DNA of 64,000 nucleotides from Planctomycetota bacterium (GCA_038231435.1 JBBRLJ010000011.1:55721-119720), one strand, 5' to 3'. Counted from the stretch's first letter, positions 39,093 through 49,071 are shown. A program made the numbers and translations. Notes: generated from the sequence alone by a model not told the origin.

Positions 39093-40814
39093 ATGCCGAC
39101 ACCGGCGACGCCCATCAGCGCCCGTCAGCGCCTGCAGGCCATGGGCCTGCCACGCTGGGCCGAGGATCTGATCACCCAGTACGAGAGCGGCGCCACCAGC
39201 CAGTTCCTGTGCTATGGCAACGTCAACGACCGGCTGCTGCTTCCGCTCTCGGGTAAGGCTCCAGCGCACGAGGAGCTCGGCGGCTTCACCGATTTCCTGG
39301 TCAAGGTATTGCTGCCACGCTTCGACGTGGTGCTGAGCTTCGATCTCGGCAACGGTCTGCGCCTCGAAAAAGGCGGCGATGTCTTCAGCCAATGGCCGCG
39401 CCTGAAAGGCGTCGAGCTGCCGCCGCTGCCAAAGACCCCGCGCGAGGCCATCGACTACCTGACCCAGTACTTCCGCTACTGCGCCAACCTGGCGAAGCTC
39501 GGCACCTCGCGCCTGCAGATCGGCTGTCTGATCAAGGGTGCGGATCTGCTGGTACCGGCCTCGATGGGCGCGAACAGCTACGACACCAGCGCGCTCGCCA
39601 GCCAGATGCGCGACTGGGCGGCCGATGGCACGCTCAGCGGCCATACCCTGGCGACCTTCCTGATCGCCGACAACCTCAATGACCTGCATCCGCTGATCGT
39701 CAACAATCCGCGGGCCTCGCAGGCCAAGGTCCCTCTGCCGTCGGCCGACGATCTCGCGCGGGCCCTCGCGTTGATGGCTCCGAGCTACCCGGTCGCGCTC
39801 GGCGCTTTGGCTAAGGATCTGCCCGCGACCGCCGCAGGCCTCGCAGGCGCCACGCTCAGCTCGATCGAGGCCCTGCTCAAGACCAAGGAGCACCTCGGCG
39901 AGGCGCTGTCGACCGATGATCTGGTGGCCGTGAAGAAGGCCCTGGTCGAGAAGGACTGTGCCGGACTGATCGAATTCATCGATTCGAAGCGCACCCTCGA
40001 TGACATCCATGGCCAAGAGAAGTTGAAGGCTTGGCTGCGCCAGGACATCGCGCTGTGGCGCGCGGGTGACGTGCAAGCGCTGCCAATGGGGTACCTGGTG
40101 TGCGGCCCTGTCGGCACCGGCAAGACCTACCTGGTCGAATGCCTCGCGGGAGAGGCCGGCGTTCCGGTGGTGAAGCTCAAGAATTTCCGCGACAAATGGG
40201 TTGGTTCGACCGAGGGCAACCTCGAGAAGATCTTTCGCCTGATCCACGCTCTCGGGCGCGCCTTCGTGTTCATCGACGAGGCCGACCAGGCCCTTGGCAA
40301 GCGCGACTCGGGATCCACCGACGGCGGCATCGGCGGACGCATCTACGGCATGATGGCCGAGGAGATGTCGAACCCGAACAACCGCGGCTCGATCGTCTGG
40401 ATCCTGGCCTCGAGCCGGCCGGATCTCATCGAGGTCGACCTCAAGCGTCCCGGCCGCGTCGACGTGAAGATCCCGATCTTCCCCACCACCACCGCTGATG
40501 AGAGCTGGCGTCTGATCCGAGCGCTCGCGAAGCGCCGCGGACTGGCCTTCGCCGACGCCGATTTCCCCGCGCTCGAATCGATGCTGCCGTTGCTGCTCAC
40601 TCCTGGCGCCGCCGAAGCCCTGGCGGTGAAGACCTATCGCATGGTGCGCACCGCCGGGCTGCAGCCCATGCTGGCGCTGAAGGAATGCCTGACCGGATAC
40701 CAGAACCCGGTGCCCAAATCGGTCATGGATTTCCAGATCGCCCTAGCCGTCGACGAAGCGACCGACCTGGATTTCGTGCCGCAGTCGCTGCGCAGCTATG
40801 GTAAACGTACATAG
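39093..40814 (+). CDS. AAA+ ATPase (classical clade) with large N-terminal region
   Basis: Walker A GPVGTGKT, pore loop KWVG, Walker B FVFIDE, Arg finger LKRPGR; starts 1 nt after the PspA stop. Confidence 0.93.
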   Translation: MPTPATPISARQRLQAMGLPRWAEDLITQYESGATSQFLCYGNVNDRLLLPLSGKAPAHEELGGFTDFLVKVLLPRFDVVLSFDLGNGLRLEKGGDVFSQWPRLKGVELPPLPKTPREAIDYLTQYFRYCANLAKLGTSRLQIGCLIKGADLLVPASMGANSYDTSALASQMRDWAADGTLSGHTLATFLIADNLNDLHPLIVNNPRASQAKVPLPSADDLARALALMAPSYPVALGALAKDLPATAAGLAGATLSSIEALLKTKEHLGEALSTDDLVAVKKALVEKDCAGLIEFIDSKRTLDDIHGQEKLKAWLRQDIALWRAGDVQALPMGYLVCGPVGTGKTYLVECLAGEAGVPVVKLKNFRDKWVGSTEGNLEKIFRLIHALGRAFVFIDEADQALGKRDSGSTDGGIGGRIYGMMAEEMSNPNNRGSIVWILASSRPDLIEVDLKRPGRVDVKIPIFPTTTADESWRLIRALAKRRGLAFADADFPALESMLPLLLTPGAAEALAVKTYRMVRTAGLQPMLALKECLTGYQNPVPKSVMDFQIALAVDEATDLDFVPQSLRSYGKRT

Positions 40815-40896
40815 CTGAGCGACTTTTCAGCGGGTGCACACTGCGCTCCCTCCTGATGCTGTCTGGCTTCAATGATACACTAATCCGTTTCTTCGT

Positions 40897-40948
40897 GGGG
40901 GGCAGCGCGGAGCGCGATGTTGGGGGGCCGTAGCCCCCCAACTGACAG
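40897..40948 (-). repeat. REP-like element family A, copy 2
   Basis: Reverse complement of copy 1, directly after the ruvX stop. Confidence 0.9.
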
Positions 40949-41359
40949 CTAGCGTTCGCCGTCGAGGTAGCGCCGGAGCAGGATCGCGGCGCAGCGGGCG
41001 TCGACGGCGCCGAACTGGGCGGGCCAGGGGCCTTCGGCGCGCAGCTGCTCCTCGGCCTCGGCGCTCGAGTAGCGTTCATCGACCTCGTACACCGGCAGCG
41101 CGCAGACCTTGGCCAGCTCGGCGCAGAAATCGCGGACCCAGCGCACATTCCCGCCTTCGGCTCCGTGGGCGTGCAGGGGCAGGCCGATGACGATGCCATC
41201 GGCGCTCTCGCGCTTCGCCACCGCAGCGACCAGCACTGCCGCCTGGCGGTCGTCCTCGCGGCGCACATAGCCGATGGCGCGCGTCGCGATGCCGAGTTCG
41301 TCGCACACCGCCAGGCCGATGCGCACGCGTCCGTAATCCACTCCGAGCAGTCGCGGCAT
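40949..41359 (-). CDS. ruvX: RuvX/YqgF pre-16S rRNA nuclease
   Basis: LLGVDYG..RIGLAV.D, IVIGLP, DERYSS, VD...A.IL. Confidence 0.93.
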   Translation of the reverse strand: MPRLLGVDYGRVRIGLAVCDELGIATRAIGYVRREDDRQAAVLVAAVAKRESADGIVIGLPLHAHGAEGGNVRWVRDFCAELAKVCALPVYEVDERYSSAEAEEQLRAEGPWPAQFGAVDARCAAILLRRYLDGER

Positions 41360-41478
41360 GCCGACATGATCGGACACGGCCGGCGCGCGCCAACACGGAC
41401 TTCGCATGCAGTGGGCATGCGGTCCGGTGCGATCAGATCAGTGGAAGTCGGTGGCGGCCGGTGGCGGGCAGGCCGAGG

Positions 41479-44400
41479 TCACTTGCCGGCCGCGAATTCG
41501 AGCCTGCGGGCGCTCACGTATTGGTGTTCCGCCCTGGTGAGCCCGAGCCCGAACGGCTCCTCGGCCAAGCTGCATTCCCGGTACTCGGCGTCCGCCGCGA
41601 GCCAATCGCGCGCCAGCTCTGCTTTAAGGCCTCGCGCCAGGTGCAGCCGCGCGCGGACCTGGATCTGGTACGGTTGGCGCAGGAATTCCTCCTCGCCTAT
41701 CCGACCCGCCACCAGAGCGGCCAGGTACCAGGCGCGTTGGCCGCCCCAGAGATGCCCATGCTCCAGGACCTCGGTGAATGCGACGCGCGGATCGACCTGC
41801 TCGCCGGCGCGATTGGCAGTCAGGGCTGGCAGGAAGCAGCGCGTGAACACCACCATGTAGTTGTCCATGTCCCCCTGGCCTCGACACAACCTGCTCAACA
41901 GCTCGCGCCCTCGCTCGCGCATCGACGGGTCCTCGAGAATCATGAAGGCCGCGCACTCGTACGATACCAGGTCGTAGTCGTGGCTCCCTGCCATCGCCTC
42001 GTCATAGCGGCCGAGATGCTCAAGGATGCTCTGCTTGAGCCAGGTCGGTTCCGCCAGCGGTAGGGCCTCCTCGAAGCGCTCTTGGGCGATGAGGACCCTG
42101 CACTGCAGGGTCTTGTTTCCTGGAGCGAGCGCGAGCGCCTCATCGAAACGCCTGAGCTCGAAGCGCAATTCAGCATCGCGCGGAAAGAGTTCGAGCGCGC
42201 GATCCTGCTTACCCATCACCAGCAGCGCTTCCCAGCGGAATAAGGTATGGAAATTGCCGCTGTCCGCGAGCTCCGGCAAGCGGCCGAGCGCGAGCAGGGC
42301 ATGAGCAGCCTGGAAGGTCATGGCCGGATAGGTCGCGAGCACGTCCTCGTAGCGCCCGGTGGCGAGGAGGGCATCTGCGCAGATCACGCTGTCCTCGGGG
42401 AAGTACTCGGGTACGAGCTCGCTGCGACCGAGCCAGGCCAGGACCTTCGCTGCGTCGCGGCTGAAGCGGGTTTCGGTGTATGACGCTCCGATGGCCGGAA
42501 GCCAGCCGCGGAGCCGCGTCATCGCGTGCGCGATCCGCTCGGGCGCATCGGCTGGAAATTTGACGCCGCTATCAACACGCATGCCCGCCGGGTGGATGGC
42601 GCGGGCGAATTCGTCATCGACCAGGCGGTTGGCGACCGACGTGAGGACCGGGTGGCCTGGAAACGCCGCCAGGCCATCGAGCGCGGCCTGGCGCTCGCGC
42701 GCATCGTCGGCGGCACTCGCGAGCGACAGGCGCTCGCGCAGGCAGTAGGGCATGAGCTCGTGGTGGGCGTGCGACGCCGCGAAGCGGTCGAGCAGCGCCT
42801 TCGCCTCGTCGCCCTTGCCCTCGCGCACACGACACACCGCCATCCCGTACAGAGCCTCCGGCTCGAGAGCGGAGCCGGGATAGGCTTCCAGGATGTCGAG
42901 GAACTGCTCGTAAGCCTGGGGATAGCGCTGCATCTCGAGCAGCTTGCGTCCGAACGCGATAGGCGACACGCGCCGTGCGAGGGGCTTGTGCCAGATGCCG
43001 ACCGCGGCGACGCGATTGCCGAGGGCGTGGGTGCTATCGAAACCGAAGAGACCGTCATCGGGGACGTCGGTGGGATCGAGATCGCTGTAGTCGATGACCT
43101 CGACACCATCGATCACCAGGAGCAGCCGGTTCCCCTCCTTCTCCATGCGGAAATGATGGGGGCTCCTCGCCGACAATGGCGCCATCGATCGACGCTGGAG
43201 CACCACCGTGCCCTTGGTCAGCGTGACGCTGTCCCTCAAGCCGAAGCCTCCGGTGTGGAAGGTGTATCCCGACTCGCGGTCCTTGCCCTCGATGAAGCAG
43301 TTGAGGTTGGTGCCGTCGAACAGCGAGGTGTAGTCCCACTCGACGCGCAGGTCTCCGAGGACGGGCCGCTGGTGGATGAGGTCAACGAATCCCTCGCGGG
43401 AGTGCATCAACATGGCCCCCGGTTCGCGGGTGAAGGCCGCATCATCGATGGAAATGGGCCGCGACGCCGGCCACGTCCACTCCTTGTACGCTCCGGTCCA
43501 CTCGGCATGGATGTCGCCTGAGAAATCCTCGCGCCCCACGAGTATCCAGCTGGTGCGCTCCTTGGCCTTCTCGACCGCCATCATCGCCGTCATGCACGCC
43601 ACCGTCACGCACGCCGCGGCGGCGGTCCAGAAGATGCGGCGATTGGCCCGGTACCAGCGCAGCAGCATGCGGGCCAACGGCTCCCGGTGCACGCTCACCG
43701 CCAGCCCCGCCTGGTAGCGTTCGAGGTCGCGAGCGAGATCGGTGACGGTAGCGTAGCGTTTACCGGGGTCGGGAGCGAGGGCGGTCGCGGCGATGCTCAG
43801 CAGCTCAGGTGGGCAGAGTGCGCGTTCAGCGGGCTCGAGCGCATCGATGACGCCGCGGCGCTTCTTGTCCCAGAAGCTGTCGCTGTCGTCGGACCAGGTC
43901 GGCTGACGCAGAGTGAGGGCATGGAACAGCGCGGCACCGATCGCGTAGATGTCGCTACGCGCATCGCTGTACTCGCTGCGCGCCTGCTCGGGGCTCATGT
44001 AGAGAGGAGTACCGTAGAGGCGCGACATCGTGCGCCCATCGGCGCCCACGCGCGCCGCGCTGCCCCAGTCGAGCACCAGCACCTCTCCGAAATCTCCGAG
44101 CAGGATGTTGTCGGGCTTGATGTCCTGATGGACGAGGCCGCGGTTGTGCGCGTATCCGAGCGCGTGGCAGATGGCGATGAAGATGGTGACGATCGCGTTC
44201 GGGGTGGCGATCTTCGCGTCGCGCGCCTCGGTCGTCGAGCGCGACAGCACATCGCCCAGCGTGACTCCGTCGATGCGGCTCATGCTGAAGCACGGCCTGC
44301 CGGCGTCGTCAACGCCGAGATCGTGGACCGGAAGCACGTTCGGATGCTGGAGCGACGCCGTCACCCGCGCCTCCTCGAGCAGTCCGAGCAGATCCTGGTC

Positions 44401-44688
44401 GCCCGGCTCGGCGCCGTGGCGCAGCATCTTCACCGCGATCGTGCGCTGCAGATCGCGATCGAATACCGCGTAGACCTGCCCCGTCGCACCGACTCCGAGC
44501 ATGGCGCCGAACTCGAAGCGCGGGCCCGGGCTGCCACCGGTCAGGCGGGGGGCGAGCGAAGACTCAGACATCGACGGCGGAGCGTCGGAGCCCGTGACCG
44601 AGGGCGACGCCATGGACGATCCATCCGCACTGCCCACGGTGGCACCGAGCGAACGTCGCAGCGCATCCACCTCGATATGCTCCGCCAT
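41479..44688 (-). CDS. Hanks-type Ser/Thr protein kinase with putative TM segment, beta-sandwich domain and TPR-like repeats
   Basis: LGVGATGQVY, IAVK, HQDIKPDN, LDWG, GTPLYMSPEQ, SDIYAIG. Confidence 0.93.
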   Translation of the reverse strand: MAEHIEVDALRRSLGATVGSADGSSMASPSVTGSDAPPSMSESSLAPRLTGGSPGPRFEFGAMLGVGATGQVYAVFDRDLQRTIAVKMLRHGAEPGDQDLLGLLEEARVTASLQHPNVLPVHDLGVDDAGRPCFSMSRIDGVTLGDVLSRSTTEARDAKIATPNAIVTIFIAICHALGYAHNRGLVHQDIKPDNILLGDFGEVLVLDWGSAARVGADGRTMSRLYGTPLYMSPEQARSEYSDARSDIYAIGAALFHALTLRQPTWSDDSDSFWDKKRRGVIDALEPAERALCPPELLSIAATALAPDPGKRYATVTDLARDLERYQAGLAVSVHREPLARMLLRWYRANRRIFWTAAAACVTVACMTAMMAVEKAKERTSWILVGREDFSGDIHAEWTGAYKEWTWPASRPISIDDAAFTREPGAMLMHSREGFVDLIHQRPVLGDLRVEWDYTSLFDGTNLNCFIEGKDRESGYTFHTGGFGLRDSVTLTKGTVVLQRRSMAPLSARSPHHFRMEKEGNRLLLVIDGVEVIDYSDLDPTDVPDDGLFGFDSTHALGNRVAAVGIWHKPLARRVSPIAFGRKLLEMQRYPQAYEQFLDILEAYPGSALEPEALYGMAVCRVREGKGDEAKALLDRFAASHAHHELMPYCLRERLSLASAADDARERQAALDGLAAFPGHPVLTSVANRLVDDEFARAIHPAGMRVDSGVKFPADAPERIAHAMTRLRGWLPAIGASYTETRFSRDAAKVLAWLGRSELVPEYFPEDSVICADALLATGRYEDVLATYPAMTFQAAHALLALGRLPELADSGNFHTLFRWEALLVMGKQDRALELFPRDAELRFELRRFDEALALAPGNKTLQCRVLIAQERFEEALPLAEPTWLKQSILEHLGRYDEAMAGSHDYDLVSYECAAFMILEDPSMRERGRELLSRLCRGQGDMDNYMVVFTRCFLPALTANRAGEQVDPRVAFTEVLEHGHLWGGQRAWYLAALVAGRIGEEEFLRQPYQIQVRARLHLARGLKAELARDWLAADAEYRECSLAEEPFGLGLTRAEHQYVSARRLEFAAGK

Positions 44689-44761
44689 CCGTAATCATAC
44701 CCCATCGTCAGAGGCGGTGGCGGGGCGGTCCGCTGGCTTCCAAGTGCCTGCGACCTAGGAT

Positions 44762-45136
44762 GCACTCGCCGCTGGACGGCCGCGTCCGCCATCCTCGCAA
44801 GAGATGTGGCGGCCGAGGAAAGTCCGGGCTCCACAGGGCATGGTGGCTGGCAAATCCAGCCGTCTCCCGTTGCGGGGGGATAGGGACAGTACAACAGAAA
44901 GCGAACCGCCACGGCCGAAAGGCCGGGGTAAGGGTGAAAAGGCGGGGTAAGAGCCCACCGGGTGCGCCGCGAGGCGGACCGCATTGCAAACCCCACCAGG
45001 AGCAAGCCCAGATCGCGGAGAGGCGCTGCCCGCGCCGTCGGATCCGCAGGTAGGGCGCATGAGCTGCGGCGGCAACGCCGTGGTCGAGAGAAATGGCCGT
45101 CCTCGACAGGACCCGGCTTATAGGCGGCTTCCGCAC
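44762..45136 (+). ncRNA. rnpB: RNase P RNA (bacterial type A); ends approximate
   Basis: GAGGAAAGTCCGGGCTCC at 44815, ACAGAAA, GGGTGAAA.GGCGGGGTAAGAGCCCACC, GAGCAAG, GACAGGACCCGGCTTAT near 45105. Confidence 0.97.
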
Positions 45137-45138
45137 AC

Positions 45139-45176
45139 ATCACTGACCCCGGCCGCAAGGCCGGGGTCAGTGATTT
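45139..45176 (+). terminator. Hairpin terminator downstream of rnpB
   Basis: atcactgaccccggcc-GCAA-ggccggggtcagtgat followed by tt; 16-bp perfect stem. Confidence 0.8.
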
Positions 45177-45295
45177 CCGGATTCTTCCGCCTATCCACTG
45201 CCCCGCCGACCAGGGTGTGGGGAATTCCCACAGACGACCAGGTACGGCGGTACTAGGCTTGCCAGTCGCCACCGGACACGCCAGGGGACCCAGTC

Positions 45296-46078
45296 ATGCG
45301 ATCCACCGCACTCAGCGCCACCATCCTCATTCTCATCGCCGGAGCGTGGGCGTCGGCCGAGGACGCCGTGGGCCCAGCCCAGCCTCCATCGGGCCACGAG
45401 GTGCGTCCGGCGCGCGCGAAGGAGCACCAGGCGCCCGAGGCCAAGCTGAGGGTCGCCGACATCCGCGTGAGCCTGGGTGGCCAGCACGGCCCGAAGCACG
45501 TCCATGAGCAATACACCGCGGGCGCGGGATCCCTCAATCCCAGCGGCAACAACGAGTACGACGTCACCCGCGACCAGAACGGCGGCGGCATCTTGGAGGT
45601 GGCCTTCGAGTACGGCCGCCTGCACGACGGCGGCGGCCTGGTCTGGGGCGCCGGCTTGCGCACCGTCGGCCACACCCTCGACCTCAAGGGCGGCTCCTCC
45701 ATCCCGCAGACCCAGAACCTGTCGTATGGCACCTTCGGCCTGATCGGCAATGTCGGCTACGGGTACGCATTCACGCCGAACTGGCACGCCGAGGTCGGAC
45801 CGTTCGCGAGCGTCGGCGGCGCATCCATGGAGTGGTTCGACCAGGACGCGACCGGGACATACCGCGCCGATACCGCTACCGGCGGCTACGTGCAGGGCGG
45901 CCTGCGCGCGGGCACCTACGTCGCGCTGTGGAAGCATCTGGTGCTGGGCTTCGAGCTCGAATATTCGGGCACCTTGGCGACCATGGAGGTCGACCACTCG
46001 GCAAGCTCGGCGAAGAGCAAGCTGACCGTGCACGAGAGCGGCATGGGCGGGCTGTTCGCGATCGGCTATCGGTTCTGA
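45296..46078 (+). CDS. Outer-membrane beta-barrel protein
   Basis: Signal peptide, alternating aromatic/Gly beta-strands, C-terminal IGYRF signature. Confidence 0.85.
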   Translation: MRSTALSATILILIAGAWASAEDAVGPAQPPSGHEVRPARAKEHQAPEAKLRVADIRVSLGGQHGPKHVHEQYTAGAGSLNPSGNNEYDVTRDQNGGGILEVAFEYGRLHDGGGLVWGAGLRTVGHTLDLKGGSSIPQTQNLSYGTFGLIGNVGYGYAFTPNWHAEVGPFASVGGASMEWFDQDATGTYRADTATGGYVQGGLRAGTYVALWKHLVLGFELEYSGTLATMEVDHSASSAKSKLTVHESGMGGLFAIGYRF

Positions 46079-46202
46079 GGACGCTTCCGGCAACATCCTC
46101 GGGCGATGGCGGCGATCTGTCGCTGAAGACAGCGTGGACTCGACGCGCGAAATCCGGACAGCGGTTGGTGCCGGCGCTCCTGCATGGTAGAACCGGCCGC
46201 CG

Positions 46203-47318
46203 ATGCGCGTCCTCCAGCGAGCCTGCCTGTACGAATCGGGGACCAATTTCCTCTTCTACGGCACTGCATACCTCGCCTTGATCTCGGTGGTGATCTGCGC
46301 GCCTCTGCTGAAGCAGGGCGCGCCGCTGGGTGCGGTGCTCGGCTTCCTCCCCGACAACCTCATCTTCATCAGCATGCTGGCGCTGCCACTGGCGCTGGTC
46401 ACCGCGCTGCTCGCGACCGTCGGGCGCATGCGCGAAGATGGCGAGATCACCGCGCTGATGGCCGCCGGAGTCAGCACCGTCAAGATCGCCATGGCGATGC
46501 TGCCGCTCGCGCTGCTGCTGGCGGCGTGGCTCGGATTCGCCGCCCATGTGCTGCTACCCCACGTCGCCAAGCGCCTGCTCGAGGGGCGCTCCGAGGTGCT
46601 GCGCCAGGCGACCGCCACCCAGGTGTCGCGGCGGGCGCCGATCTACCAGACCGACGAGGCCATGGTCGCGGCGATCGGCGTCGAGGGCGACATGCTCAAG
46701 CAACTGTTCGGCGTCTACCTCGAGAAGGACGGCAGCGGCCTGTTCGGCACCGGGGCCCTGGTGGTGTGCTACGCTCCCGAGGCCCGCTTCGTCACCGATC
46801 CGGATGCGCTGTCGAACGACCAGGCCGCCGGCCTCGAGCTCCATGACGCCTGGTTCCTGCGCCGCTCGCGCATCACCACCGACCAGCCCGACGTGATGAC
46901 CGGGATCCTGCCGCTGTGGTCGCTGCGGCTTCCCAGCCAGCGTCAGAACCTGTCCGACATCCAGGATTCGCTCTCGACCGCCGAGCTGCGCAAACGCCTG
47001 GAGAACACCCCCGAGACCAAGGACAACCGCGGCTACATCCGCGGCCTCGAGCGCGCCTGGCACATCCGCTGGATGATTCCCTGCGCGGTGATCGCGTACT
47101 GGACCTTTGCCACCGGTCTCGGCCTGACCATGGGCAGGGGCAATCGCCTGCTCGCCGTGTTCATCGGTCTGCTGGTGGTGGTGACGACCCTGGTCCCGTC
47201 GTTCGGGGTGGTGAAGAACCTCGGCGATTCCCTGCGCATCAACGCGGGCTGGATCCTGTGGCCGCCAGTCTTGCTGATGGCCTGCGCCGGCAGCTGGATG
47301 CTGTGGAGGCAGCGATGA
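46203..47318 (+). CDS. LptF/LptG family permease
   Basis: LPLAL...L...GRM..DGEITALMAAGVS motif; 3 TM + periplasmic domain + 3 TM. Confidence 0.88.
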   Translation: MRVLQRACLYESGTNFLFYGTAYLALISVVICAPLLKQGAPLGAVLGFLPDNLIFISMLALPLALVTALLATVGRMREDGEITALMAAGVSTVKIAMAMLPLALLLAAWLGFAAHVLLPHVAKRLLEGRSEVLRQATATQVSRRAPIYQTDEAMVAAIGVEGDMLKQLFGVYLEKDGSGLFGTGALVVCYAPEARFVTDPDALSNDQAAGLELHDAWFLRRSRITTDQPDVMTGILPLWSLRLPSQRQNLSDIQDSLSTAELRKRLENTPETKDNRGYIRGLERAWHIRWMIPCAVIAYWTFATGLGLTMGRGNRLLAVFIGLLVVVTTLVPSFGVVKNLGDSLRINAGWILWPPVLLMACAGSWMLWRQR

Positions 47319-48388
47319 TCTCGTCGCTCCTGCCTGGGCGTCTCGATTCGTACCTGCTGCGCCGCGGCCTCGGCGCCTTGTTCATGGTGGCTTCGCTGAT
47401 CATCGTGGTCGCGCTCGCGATCGATTTCCTGATCAACATCGGCACCCTCGCCAAGAGCACCACCAAGGGCGGCCAGCTCGCCCTGATCGCCTCGCTGTAC
47501 TGGTATCGCCTGCCGCAGCTGGCGAACATCGCGCTGCCGATCGGCGCGGTGGTCTCGTGCCTGTTGGTATGCGCACCGATGCTCAAACGCGGCGAGTTCA
47601 TCGCGCTGTCCGCGAACGGCATCAGCCCGGCGCGCGCCGCGCGCATGTTGCTGGCGCTGATGCTGGTGGTCGGCGTGGTGGATACCGTCATCGCGGATTT
47701 CATCAGCCCGAAGGCGATCGCGCGCACCACCGCGATCGAGGACATCCTGCAGAACCAACGCCGCCTGGGACGGGTGTGGCAGGTGCCCGCGACCAAGACC
47801 AACTGGTTCGCCGGTCGCGCGCAGGGCCTGATCCGCGGCGACGTCCCGACCGTGGACCGCGTCGTGATCGCCTCCAAGGGCGGGCTGGTCTGCGCCGATC
47901 AGATGGTGTGGCAGGAAGGGAGATGGCAGCTGCAGGGCCATCTGCTCGAGTTCCGCGTCACCCCAGAGGGGCACTGCCTGCTCTACCGACCTACCGAGAT
48001 CCCCCTCGAAGGCGATCTGGCGCTACCGTACGATCCGCAGCAGCTGTACCGCAATCTCCTGCCCAGATACACCATGACCGGGCCCGAGCTGCTGCGCATC
48101 GGCGGCAGGACCGAGATCTCGTATGCCTGGTCGCGGTGGTCGCGGCTGGTGGTGCCGCTGCTGGCGGCGCTGATCGCCCTGCCAGTGTTCGTGCGCTTCT
48201 CGCATCGCGACGCGCTGGTGATGGGAACGATCCGCGCCTTGGCGGCGGCCAGCGTTCCGGTCATGGTGGTCGTCGCCGGCGGCATGGTGGCCGATACCAG
48301 CGGCGCGCATCCGGCAGTGCCCGTGCTCTCGGCCGTCGCCCTGGCGCTGATCCCGTCGATCGTGGTCTACTGGCGCTGGCGGCTCTGA
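47315..48388 (+). CDS. LptF/LptG family permease
   Basis: LDSYL, RLP......LP, RGEFIALSANGIS; ATGA overlap with the upstream paralog. Confidence 0.88.
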   Translation: MISSLLPGRLDSYLLRRGLGALFMVASLIIVVALAIDFLINIGTLAKSTTKGGQLALIASLYWYRLPQLANIALPIGAVVSCLLVCAPMLKRGEFIALSANGISPARAARMLLALMLVVGVVDTVIADFISPKAIARTTAIEDILQNQRRLGRVWQVPATKTNWFAGRAQGLIRGDVPTVDRVVIASKGGLVCADQMVWQEGRWQLQGHLLEFRVTPEGHCLLYRPTEIPLEGDLALPYDPQQLYRNLLPRYTMTGPELLRIGGRTEISYAWSRWSRLVVPLLAALIALPVFVRFSHRDALVMGTIRALAAASVPVMVVVAGGMVADTSGAHPAVPVLSAVALALIPSIVVYWRWRL

Positions 48389-49071
48389 GCGATCCGCGCC
48401 GAGGCGCTTCCATGGCACGCAGTGCGGCCCTGATGCGAGGTGTGGCCCGGAAGCGCAGGTCTGTCAACAAGCGCAGCGCTGCCAGGCGACTGATCGCGCC
48501 CCGAAACCTCCCGCTCCGTGGATGGACCTCGCCCAAGCGGTGCCTCCGGCGCGCCCAGCGTCGCTTCACGAGCGGCTGCTGGAGCGACAAGTCCCTGGAC
48601 CGACCTGGCAGGATGCGCAGCGTCGATCTCGAGCGAGGGCGCATGCCTGGGAGGATCGCCTGCTAGCGCCCGCGCGGTGGCTCCCACCACTCCCGCGCGA
48701 CGCCGCTCGGCGTATAGGAAGTAGAGATTGCGCACGTACACCACGTTTCCGAACAGCTGACCAGCGATGCCGACGGGATCGCTACGACGCCAGAAATAGA
48801 CCAGCAGCATCAGACCGCCGAGCAGGCTGAGCCACCAGAAGGACGTCGGCACCACGCTGCGACGGTGCTTCTCGGTCGCGATCCATTGCACGATCAATCG
48901 GCCCGCGAACAGCGCCTGTGCCGAGAAGCCGAAGACCAGCCACCAGTTGTTGAGGTCCGACGGATCCGGATCAGAGACGTGGGTCTGCATCAGCCACAGC
49001 AGCGGGATCAGCGAGGCCACCGAGCCCGCGCTGATGGCGAACAGCACCCAGTTCTTGCGTCTGCTCGCCAT
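48367..49071 (-). CDS. Lipid-A-disaccharide synthase N-terminal (LAB_N) domain protein with long low-complexity tail
   Basis: GFSAQALFAGRLIVQW..TE...SVVP..FWWLSL.GG..LL.YF..R.DPV.I.GQ...VY.RNL. Confidence 0.85.
   Translation of the reverse strand: MASRRKNWVLFAISAGSVASLIPLLWLMQTHVSDPDPSDLNNWWLVFGFSAQALFAGRLIVQWIATEKHRRSVVPTSFWWLSLLGGLMLLVYFWRRSDPVGIAGQLFGNVVYVRNLYFLYAERRRAGVVGATARALAGDPPRHAPSLEIDAAHPARSVQGLVAPAAAREATLGAPEAPLGRGPSTEREVSGRDQSPGSAALVDRPALPGHTSHQGRTACHGSASARIAQSRQRQ

Noticed and set aside
44541..45272. ORFs overlapping 44760-45140
   Set aside because: The region is explained by the RNase P RNA and its terminator.
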